Origin: Myxococcota bacterium
GTDB taxonomy: Bacteria; Myxococcota; Kuafuiibacteriia; Kuafuiibacteriales; Kuafuiibacteriaceae
Assembly (NCBI GenBank): GCA_036337945.1
Contig: JAYZDF010000089.1
Span: 5,609 to 69,608 of the forward strand
Length of the DNA stretch: 64,000 nt
Direction of reading: 5' to 3'
Below the pieces are notes generated by a model that worked only from the letters and a program-made list of their open reading frames with translations, was not told where the DNA came from and searched no databases. Below are positions 46,737 to 54,768 of this stretch, piece by piece. The position numbers were made by a program, and so were the translations under genes. Positions within the stretch are counted from its first letter, which is position 1, and each line of letters starts with the position of its first letter.

Positions 46737-47989
46737 GGTGGATTAACTTCACTGCAGGCCAGGCCTTGGATAGGTGCGCAGTTTTGACCGATGCGGCAAC
46801 CACCATTCACACATGGGACCGGGCCACAATCACCGTTACCAGGCACGCAAGGGTTTCCTGTGATCGCACAGGCTCCGCGGCTGGGGTCGCAACTATCTCT
46901 TGGACAATCGGCGTCAGTTGCGCAGGAACAAAAGCCGGTCACTCGAGCTTCGCCGACACGACATTCTCGCTCTAGATTGATATCTCCACCACAGCATTGG
47001 CCGCCCACACAGGTTCCACCTTCGGCACAATCAGAGTCATCATCACATGTACAAAACCCAGCTGTATCACCACGGGGAACGAGACACGAAGCATCTCCCT
47101 CACCTCCTGGATTACAATCTAAATGGCCATTGTTGACGCAGAAAGTCGCATCGGTAGCAGCACTTCCATCTGCATTCACTGGTACACAGGGGTCGCTCAC
47201 CGTGCAAGTACGTGTAGCAAAAGAGATCTTGTCTCGATCGCACTGACATTGTGCATTGGTTGTGCAGACGTCATCTGTAAGAATCACGACAAAGTTGCAA
47301 TCATAGCCATTGGGGCACTCCTGTCCCAATGAACAATCAACGCCGCAGAATTGCCTAAACCCACCGGTTTCGGCACTATTGATAAGGCAAAAATTACGGG
47401 CGTCATCGCAAGGCTCCGGATTTAGTGCGGTGCGACGGCTACAGCCACGACAATAAGGTCCTCTCCTGTCCTTCTTGCAAGCATTACCTTGGCACTGCTC
47501 TCCGTAATCACAAAAGGCGTCCTCGCTGCAAAGTCCTGTGCCAGTGGCGCAAGCTTTTCCAGTTCCATCATCATAACAAACTTCTCCCAGCGGACAGTCG
47601 CCGTCATCATGGCAGCCAACAATGCATTGAGTCCCATCGCATATTGTACGAAGTGGGCAGTGACTGACCAAGCCACAGGCAGAATCTAATTGCTGTTTCG
47701 GGCCTTCCAAACAACGCCCTGATTTCAAATCACAAAATTCATTCTCACCAAGGCATTCTGCGTTTAGGCTACAGCCACTCTTCTTTTGGCATGAACCAGC
47801 GAGATTGCAGAACTCACCGTCAGCGCAAGCTTCGTCCGTTGCGCAAACGCATTGTTGAGCTTCAACGTCACATCGTGTTCCAGGAGCGACACAATCAAGG
47901 TTTTCAGCGCAGGTATTATCGGTAGGTTTATCGCTGGAGCAAGCCGACAGCAAAGTCGCTATCGCGAGCAGTCGTAAAATTCTAGGCAT
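46733..47989 (-). CDS. Cys-rich repeat lipoprotein B (paralog of 42896-44269)
   Basis: Lipobox LSAC; 59 Cys in 418 aa by hand count; shares NFCLIN, CGVDC, CPNGYxC, V.ILT, NGGC.IG..C.P..GL.C with A. Confidence 0.85.
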   Translation of the reverse strand: MPRILRLLAIATLLSACSSDKPTDNTCAENLDCVAPGTRCDVEAQQCVCATDEACADGEFCNLAGSCQKKSGCSLNAECLGENEFCDLKSGRCLEGPKQQLDSACGLVSHCPLRTICDGTQCIVGCHDDGDCPLGEVCYDDGTGKACATGTGLCSEDAFCDYGEQCQGNACKKDRRGPYCRGCSRRTALNPEPCDDARNFCLINSAETGGFRQFCGVDCSLGQECPNGYDCNFVVILTDDVCTTNAQCQCDRDKISFATRTCTVSDPCVPVNADGSAATDATFCVNNGHLDCNPGGEGDASCLVPRGDTAGFCTCDDDSDCAEGGTCVGGQCCGGDINLERECRVGEARVTGFCSCATDADCPRDSCDPSRGACAITGNPCVPGNGDCGPVPCVNGGCRIGQNCAPIQGLACSEVNPP

Positions 47990-48019
47990 TTTCTTTCTTC
48001 GTTCTCTTTGTTGCGTAAA

Positions 48020-51000
48020 CTAATCAGTCGATTCCTTAGACACAAATTGTGAGTACCACAGACTCCAGCTCTTCCAGAAAAAGCGGGAATATTGATTGTA
48101 GATGAACTCGTTGTAGTTAAACCTTGGCGCAATCGCCTGCTCAACGACCCAAAAATAGGTCCCCGGAGAATCATAGGCTTGGACGCCTAGAGGATTCGGG
48201 GGCATTTCATAGCTTTGTAAACCGCCTGGACCAAAGACACTCCAACGAACAAATTGAACCGGCGCTCCGCCGCACATTTGTGGTTCGTCCGCTTCACAAG
48301 TTCCATTCATGTTGCCATCGACACAGCAACACGCACTTACGCTGGTCACGTCAACAGAATACAACCGAGTCAAATTAGGCACGGCACCTGGTTGAATCCA
48401 AGAGAATTTTCCGTCCACCGCGAGCTGATTCGGCTTTGGTGATACATCCTGCGGCATATCCACAAAAGGTCCCACATCGATCCCAGCAGCCGTTTCATCG
48501 CCACTTTCATGAAGAGTCTCCGACAGAGGCGCTCCTGACGTCCCGTCCGGACGCGTAGTATACGAACCTGCCAAGTAGAAGAACTTCGCACCCGCTAAGT
48601 CAGGCAGGCCGTTGAGGACTACAGTTGTCTCTCCGAGAACTTCACTGCCCGGAAACGCTATCACCCCTTCACTTCCCAGATTCAGGTAAGGAGCCACCGA
48701 AACAGTTGTTGGCCCCGGTAATTGCGCAGGGGGATTATCCAGACGAATCTCGACCTCTTTGGTAAGTTCAATATCGAGCGGAATGTTGATGTTATCGGTG
48801 ACCACGCCTGCAGCGGATGGCACCTGACGGGCTATACCCATTCGCCGAGGCACGAACTCCTGAGTCTCCTCATTGTAGTCTCCTAGGATTGCATAGACCG
48901 CAATGGTTCCAACTCGCGCCGGTGTAATTTCGTACTCGCCGCCATCTTCGAACACATAGTCAACCTGACTCGCGGGCATCGGAGGATTCGTCTGAAAAAC
49001 ACTGGGCTGAGTATAGGTAATTCTAGCCACCGGTCTCCATCCAGGTCGTGTGGTTTGGTCGAGTGATGATTTGAACCGATATATTTTTCCGCGCACCACT
49101 GGGCCAGGACCACCTGTTGGGCACGGAGGCACTGGGTCATCCGGTGAAGGGCTGGACGGATAAGCGCTAGTCAACATCGTTACGTTTCGAGCATTCAACT
49201 CCATGTACGTAACAAACTCGTATTCCTCACGACCCGCTGTAACCGTATATTCTCCAGCGATTTCTGGCGCACTGATTGTAACAAGTCCATTCTCATCGGT
49301 CACCCCAGTGTAGCGAACGTCATTGTCTACTCCGAGCTGGACGACGAAGCCCGCGAGGGGACGGCCAGAGCCAATATCGAGGACACCAACGTTCACGGAA
49401 CCATCGATAGGTCCACCCCAAGCACCACCCGTCACAATTCGAGGGTCGTAGTAGTTGAAACCACTTTTGAACGTAAACAAACCTTTCGGCATGACTACGT
49501 CCACATCAACGGCACCTGTATCGGCTGGTTTTGTGCGGAAGCTAACTATCGAGCCATTTTCAACCGTAAGAGATTCAACATCTTCACCGTCAAAGGTAAT
49601 CGAAACGTCGTCTGCCTTTGAGTCGAAACCTCGGCCAAGCGCTGTTACATAGGTATTTCCAGCGATAGAACCCTCGTCTGGCTTCAGACGGATAATCGCA
49701 AACTCCTCGATGAACTTGAAGGAGTCTTCGAGGGTGCCCTTAGAATCGGCATTGCTGACGACAACATCATGAAGTCCATGCGCACCTGCTACCGTTTTGC
49801 CGGTGATTTGCGTCGGTGTTATTGCCAGGTCTGTCAAAGGCACATCAGCAATTCGCACGATCACATCCTGGGTAAAGCCAGAACCAGTAATCGTGACAAT
49901 CGTTCCACCACTTGCAGGGCCTTGTTGTGGGCTGACACCAGTCAGGACCACTGGATCAAAAACGTTTATCGCTCGGCTGGCGGACAAGGTCGAGCCGAAC
50001 GTAAAGATATCAACGTCGTGCTCTCCAATGCTTAGTCCGGTGGGTAGAAGCACGGCAATTTCATTGCTACTGTTGGTCGAAACGACCGTCGCAGACTGAC
50101 CGCCGATTTGGACTCTTGAGGGAATCGTTGGCATGTTATGGCCGATTATGGTCACGGTGGTTTCGCTATCTGCTTCCACTCGGCTCGGTACAACACCAAT
50201 GATTTCGGCCGACGTTGCGTTCGGATCGAAAACAATGAATCCGCTGGCAAGTGTGTCCGACGCATCAGAGTTTTCGACGACAACATCATAAGCCCCGGGC
50301 ATCACTTGACCGGGCGCTGTGACATCAACTCTGGTGGCTTCGTCTCCGGAAATCTCGAGGCCGATCCCCTCAAGCGAACCAAACTTGATATTCTCCGCGA
50401 GTTGGAAACCTTCCCCCGTGAGACCCTGAACGGACTCCAGGCTAACTGGGGCGAAACCTGGTGCGATAGATTCGATTTTTGGGGTCGCGTAAACGAATGC
50501 AAGGTCGCTTCGACTCACTTCGGCATCTGCATTAAAAACGTGTATTTCAGGTCGCCCAGGCGCCAAAGCCGGTGCGTACCCAGTTATCGTCTCGGAATCA
50601 ACAACCGTCGTTCCACGCAACACCTTCCGATCAAGCAGGACAACCGTTAGGTCGTCGAATCCTTTTCCGGTGATCGTTACGGGCACACCGCCCTCTTCGG
50701 GGAGTCGCTGTGGTGAAATGGAGTCGATTCTTAGTTCAAGGTGATAACGAAACCCTCGGGGGAGGTCCGCCACGCCACCGGGTGTAATCACGCGAACATC
50801 TGCAGGTCCGATCACGCCGGCAGGTGTGGTCGCAGCAATTGAAACTTGGTCGAGCACTACGACATTTGTTGCCGGTATTCCCTGGAAAAATACTTCTGCG
50901 GGTTCAACAAAAGATGTACCCCTAAGTGTAACCCGCGTGCCCCCCGTTTCCGGCCCGTAGTTAGGACTGACTTGGTTTAACGTGGGAGATGGGATGTCTG

Positions 51001-51166
51001 GATTGGTACCTGCATCGCCAACAGGAGAACTCACTATTCTGGCGTCGGGGAGCGAAACGCCCCCGGCGTCGGTGCCGCTCAATTCATCCGGACTCGAGCC
51101 TGTCTGGCTGTCACGACAACCGACCAGCAGAAAAAGCCCTAATAAAGTTATGCTTAGACGTTTCAT
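48020..51166 (-). CDS. large IPT/TIG-repeat lipoprotein
   Basis: Lipobox LVGC; repeated V.P..GP..GGT.VTI.G.GF IPT units; carboxypeptidase-like segment TDENGLVTI. Confidence 0.85.
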   Translation of the reverse strand: MKRLSITLLGLFLLVGCRDSQTGSSPDELSGTDAGGVSLPDARIVSSPVGDAGTNPDIPSPTLNQVSPNYGPETGGTRVTLRGTSFVEPAEVFFQGIPATNVVVLDQVSIAATTPAGVIGPADVRVITPGGVADLPRGFRYHLELRIDSISPQRLPEEGGVPVTITGKGFDDLTVVLLDRKVLRGTTVVDSETITGYAPALAPGRPEIHVFNADAEVSRSDLAFVYATPKIESIAPGFAPVSLESVQGLTGEGFQLAENIKFGSLEGIGLEISGDEATRVDVTAPGQVMPGAYDVVVENSDASDTLASGFIVFDPNATSAEIIGVVPSRVEADSETTVTIIGHNMPTIPSRVQIGGQSATVVSTNSSNEIAVLLPTGLSIGEHDVDIFTFGSTLSASRAINVFDPVVLTGVSPQQGPASGGTIVTITGSGFTQDVIVRIADVPLTDLAITPTQITGKTVAGAHGLHDVVVSNADSKGTLEDSFKFIEEFAIIRLKPDEGSIAGNTYVTALGRGFDSKADDVSITFDGEDVESLTVENGSIVSFRTKPADTGAVDVDVVMPKGLFTFKSGFNYYDPRIVTGGAWGGPIDGSVNVGVLDIGSGRPLAGFVVQLGVDNDVRYTGVTDENGLVTISAPEIAGEYTVTAGREEYEFVTYMELNARNVTMLTSAYPSSPSPDDPVPPCPTGGPGPVVRGKIYRFKSSLDQTTRPGWRPVARITYTQPSVFQTNPPMPASQVDYVFEDGGEYEITPARVGTIAVYAILGDYNEETQEFVPRRMGIARQVPSAAGVVTDNINIPLDIELTKEVEIRLDNPPAQLPGPTTVSVAPYLNLGSEGVIAFPGSEVLGETTVVLNGLPDLAGAKFFYLAGSYTTRPDGTSGAPLSETLHESGDETAAGIDVGPFVDMPQDVSPKPNQLAVDGKFSWIQPGAVPNLTRLYSVDVTSVSACCCVDGNMNGTCEADEPQMCGGAPVQFVRWSVFGPGGLQSYEMPPNPLGVQAYDSPGTYFWVVEQAIAPRFNYNEFIYNQYSRFFWKSWSLWYSQFVSKESTD

Positions 51167-51255
51167 TGGCTACCCTCTGTTTGAGTCACGAATGACTCAA
51201 TAACGCTACCCTATTCGCGATACCAATGTCAGGCGGATGTTGGCGGAATCTGCAG

Positions 51256-51286
51256 AAAAAAGCGGCTTTTCTCAGAAAAGCCGTTT
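51256..51286 (-). terminator. Rho-independent terminator
   Basis: Minus strand ACGGCTTTT-CTGAG-AAAAGCCGC followed by TTTTTT, just after the stop at 51298. Confidence 0.7.
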
Positions 51287-51297
51287 GAAGTTGCGAG

Positions 51298-52053
51298 TCA
51301 TGGCTCGATGCGAACCAACAGAGAGTCTAGAAAGCTTTGACGACGAACCTGGCCTTGGAACAGTAGTGGATACTCGCCTGCTTGTCCGAACTCGATCCAA
51401 TAGACACCTGGCGGGCCAGGAGCAAGGGCATACCCGGGCTCACCACCGCCCTTGATAGCAAATGACCGCATTTTTAGAGCAAGCGGAACTCTCAGTTCAA
51501 CCGTTTCTCCAATTTTATAAACGTTCGCCTCAATCTCCGCGCGATTCTTGATGAAGCTGTTCCAGCTGTAGCCCGTGATTGAGGTCGGTGATTCGCGAAG
51601 AAGGTAATCGAGAAGCTCCAGCGGGTAGATATCGACGATCTTCCCAACCTTGGGCATAAGCGCGATGATCTTCCGCGCGCGCGCTGGGTCTCCCAGAAGA
51701 ACGAGCATCTGCGCCACCTCTTTCATTACAACATCTCTCGACTTTGACGTTCGACGATTTGCGAGGATGAGCATCAAGTGCTCAGCAAACAAATGAGGAC
51801 TGAGCCCCTCGAGTTCGGCGGGAGGAAAGTCATCTTGACCAAGCTTGTGTTTCAGCTGAACCGATTTGGGCAGCTTTGGTTGCTTTGAATCCGGCATCGT
51901 GGGGAATAAGCCCGCGTGGGCGGGAAGCCGGAAGGAATCGCTGTTTTTCACAGTTTCATCCCCGCGGGATACCAATGACGGGGCCTTTGCACTTACTTTG
52001 CGTGCCGGGGTCGCCCCGCCCTGTTGTCCCTTCTTAGGACCGTCGATCGCCAA
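51298..52053 (-). CDS. hypothetical protein (low-complexity N-terminus, beta-rich C-domain)
   Basis: Long ORF. TTG 52053 (MAIDGPKK...) directly follows the stop of the upstream mini-gene; ORF track start is 52098. Confidence 0.6.
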   Translation of the reverse strand: MAIDGPKKGQQGGATPARKVSAKAPSLVSRGDETVKNSDSFRLPAHAGLFPTMPDSKQPKLPKSVQLKHKLGQDDFPPAELEGLSPHLFAEHLMLILANRRTSKSRDVVMKEVAQMLVLLGDPARARKIIALMPKVGKIVDIYPLELLDYLLRESPTSITGYSWNSFIKNRAEIEANVYKIGETVELRVPLALKMRSFAIKGGGEPGYALAPGPPGVYWIEFGQAGEYPLLFQGQVRRQSFLDSLLVRIEP

Positions 52054-52055
52054 GG

Positions 52056-52238
52056 CTACGCGACTTCCCGAAACTGAATCGCGGTCAGGTTGCCGCAACT
52101 TGTACAGATAAAGTGATGGATTTCTGCGTCTCCAACGTAGACGTAAGGTTCAACATCTCCCCAATATCGGCGTCCAGCGCCCTCAGGAATAGATGTACGA
52201 CGATCCATAGTTGCCTCGCAGCGCGTACAGACATTCAT
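52056..52238 (-). CDS. 60-aa zinc-ribbon protein
   Basis: CTRC ... CTSC pairs near both ends; fills the gap upstream of the 51298 gene. Confidence 0.55.
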   Translation of the reverse strand: MNVCTRCEATMDRRTSIPEGAGRRYWGDVEPYVYVGDAEIHHFICTSCGNLTAIQFREVA

Positions 52239-52348
52239 TTTCTTAACTCGCTTTTTGAGGCGGAACTTCACGGTTCTACTTTTGGGCTCATTCTCTCCTA
52301 CGTCAAGGTACCCTCGATTCTGAATCACATTTCAGGCACTCTTACACA

Positions 52349-53575
52349 GTGCGGTATGGTCTACTCCTTCTCATCATAGGCTTAGGTTGCGGGGAATCCA
52401 TCTCTACCGAGACACCACCACAAATTCGCCTGAATCCTGGCTGGGAGACTGTTACAAATGCCCCACAACACCAGACATCTGCACTGTTTGTCGAGTCAAA
52501 CGGTATTCATATTCTCGAAGGAAGTTTAGATTTTGTCGCCAAGCTGGATGGCCAATACGGATTGGTCCTAAGTGACCAACGCAATGACATTGCTCGAATC
52601 ACACAGCTTTATGCACAAAATGTTGAAGACTTTGCTGGCACACTTGTCTTGTTCACTCAATTTCCCGATGCAGCGAGCTTCTCTTCCGCCTATTTTCTTC
52701 CGATTTACAACCCAACGTTAGGAACCGGCATGCCCGCATATGACCGGCGCACTAGCTTTGGCACCGAGCAAATAGAGGGCTTCGTCAATATGCAAACGCT
52801 GACAGAACATAGCGCCAATCTCATGGATGTACTCACTCATGAAATCGCCCACCGTCATGCTGCTTACCTCAAGGCGGATGTGACATCGTCCACCAGCCCG
52901 TTTTCTCTATTAGGCCGCGAGGGCGCACACTGGCACGCAGCCTTCAACAGCCAAGGGTCTCTTCTCGAAGGATATCATTGGCGCGAAACGGGGACTGGAC
53001 GTTTTGTTTCTATTGATAAGCAGTCTTCGCTCGCCCCTATTGATCTCTACGCACTTGGCCTGCTTGACCCAGAGGAACTTAGCGACCTGTTTTTTATCCG
53101 GAACGCCAAAGTCGAAAGTGGAGCGTCTCTTCCGGCGGCAGCCGACCTTCCGATAGGAACAGTGGTTCGTGGTGAGCGTCTCGACATTTCTGGAGAAGCT
53201 ATCGTTTCAGCCATGGGACCAAGACCTCGGCAGGAAGTGACAGAAGTTAGATTTCTTTATGTTACCCGCCCAGGCGAATCGTCGACTTCGACCTTGACCC
53301 AAAGCGACATTCGCACCCTTGAGCAGATCCGAGTGGAACTCGAAGCGTACTGGCAGGATCAAACCGGTGGCCGCGGACAACTCCGAACCACCCCAACCAT
53401 TTCAAGGCAAGCGGATGCTACGGTTCAAAACGATCTCGGAACATCACAAGCCACAACGACTTCCAATTGCCAATGCAACGCAAAACGAAAACGAGGTTTC
53501 TCCTTAAACATGTCGGCAATTCTTAGTTTGCTACTCGTGATATTCTACTTGGTCGGTCGTAGGAACGAAGCGTAG
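52349..53575 (+). CDS. zinc metallopeptidase with lipobox and MYXO-CTERM-like tail
   Basis: LIIGLGC; HEIAH zincin motif plus downstream HW; C-terminal CQC, hydrophobic helix, RR. Confidence 0.75.
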   Translation: MRYGLLLLIIGLGCGESISTETPPQIRLNPGWETVTNAPQHQTSALFVESNGIHILEGSLDFVAKLDGQYGLVLSDQRNDIARITQLYAQNVEDFAGTLVLFTQFPDAASFSSAYFLPIYNPTLGTGMPAYDRRTSFGTEQIEGFVNMQTLTEHSANLMDVLTHEIAHRHAAYLKADVTSSTSPFSLLGREGAHWHAAFNSQGSLLEGYHWRETGTGRFVSIDKQSSLAPIDLYALGLLDPEELSDLFFIRNAKVESGASLPAAADLPIGTVVRGERLDISGEAIVSAMGPRPRQEVTEVRFLYVTRPGESSTSTLTQSDIRTLEQIRVELEAYWQDQTGGRGQLRTTPTISRQADATVQNDLGTSQATTTSNCQCNAKRKRGFSLNMSAILSLLLVIFYLVGRRNEA

Positions 53576-53589
53576 ATTAGGCCTCTTTA

Positions 53590-54717
53590 CTAACGGAATA
53601 ACTCATCCGCAGCACTATCACCAGGACCAGACTTCTTCCCCTTGGACATATCGTCCATCAACTCGTTCATACCTTCTTCTGATAAATCTGTACCTTCTTC
53701 GATCATATCCGCAAAGTCTGCGGCGATTTTTGAAACATCGTTTGCCATGCCAAAAATAGCCTTTGCGTCCTTTAAGGTTCCCTTTTGGGCCGTCCGACCC
53801 CAAGACTCAAACAAGCCGAACGCACCCTCAAGTCGTGCTTTCATGTCCTCAAGTCTCTGGGTCAATCGCTCCAATTCTGCCATGACGCTCTGCAACTCAG
53901 TATCGACCGGCTCCCCTCGTTTTCGCCGTGCCACCAAACGCGTCACGCGAGACTTGAGTTTCTTCTGCTCATCCAAGAGTTTCCTTAGTTTCGCCTTTCT
54001 ACGATTTAGACGACCATCTAAAGCCTTGGCCACCTTGAGACCTTTCGCCTCCATATTTTTCGCGTGACTTACAAAAAATTTATCCCAATCAAAGTTCTCG
54101 TCGCTCTTCTCTGTTCGGCCTAGCCCACCTTGGTTATCAGTCAGAATAGATTTGCCTGCGCCGACATCTTTGCTCACATCGCGTTCATCTCCAGATACGG
54201 ATACGCGTCCCTCCGAGACTCTCACAACCACAGTACCGTCAGCCGCAACTCCGGTATCGAACTCTGTCCCTCGAACTCCTGCGACCGCGTTCGCAGTTCG
54301 AACTTCAAACGCAGTATCGCCCGATTTGGATTTGGTTACCTTCGACCAAATACGGCCAAAGAAAACAACCGCGCCGTTTGGTTTTTCTCGAGGTTTCGCA
54401 GACGCTTTTACAATGATTTCGGAGCCGGGCTTAACTTCCGTAAGGCTTCCATCGGCAAACCGAATTTTGACCATGCCCGCGGACTCTGTTCGAACCCTTG
54501 TGCCCGAAACGAGCTGAGCACCTTTCTTCACGGGCAAATACGACTTTTTACCCGGGGCACGCATGGTGTTCTTACCTGTCGTGGCTATCACTGTAACTTT
54601 TGCATCTTGGGCATAGACTTGCGTACTATTAGTAGTCACAATCGCGAGCATTACGACCAAGAGTGCACTTATTCGTGAGGTACAGAAAGATTGAATCTGC
54701 AGAAAGCCGGTAAACAT
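53590..54717 (-). CDS. FecR-domain protein with long C-terminal coiled coil
   Basis: G..VRT......I.FADGS...V...SEI and FEVRT.NAVAGVRGTEF..V.V.EGRV.V FecR pattern; start set at ATG 54717. Confidence 0.8.
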   Translation of the reverse strand: MFTGFLQIQSFCTSRISALLVVMLAIVTTNSTQVYAQDAKVTVIATTGKNTMRAPGKKSYLPVKKGAQLVSGTRVRTESAGMVKIRFADGSLTEVKPGSEIIVKASAKPREKPNGAVVFFGRIWSKVTKSKSGDTAFEVRTANAVAGVRGTEFDTGVAADGTVVVRVSEGRVSVSGDERDVSKDVGAGKSILTDNQGGLGRTEKSDENFDWDKFFVSHAKNMEAKGLKVAKALDGRLNRRKAKLRKLLDEQKKLKSRVTRLVARRKRGEPVDTELQSVMAELERLTQRLEDMKARLEGAFGLFESWGRTAQKGTLKDAKAIFGMANDVSKIAADFADMIEEGTDLSEEGMNELMDDMSKGKKSGPGDSAADELFR

Positions 54718-54768
54718 CCTAGCGTCATCATAGACACAAGCCCGCGTGAGTTCCAGGGGTGAGATGTG

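Noticed and set aside
47600-47630. CxxxCH (CIVGCH) as a heme-binding motif in Cys-rich lipoprotein B
   Set aside because: The paralog has CVEGCN at the aligned position; this is part of the disulfide repeat, and no CxxCH motifs are present.
42896-47989. Numerous antisense and alternate-frame ORFs over the Cys-rich and other genes
   Set aside because: Shadow ORFs of well-supported genes with no motifs or RBS.
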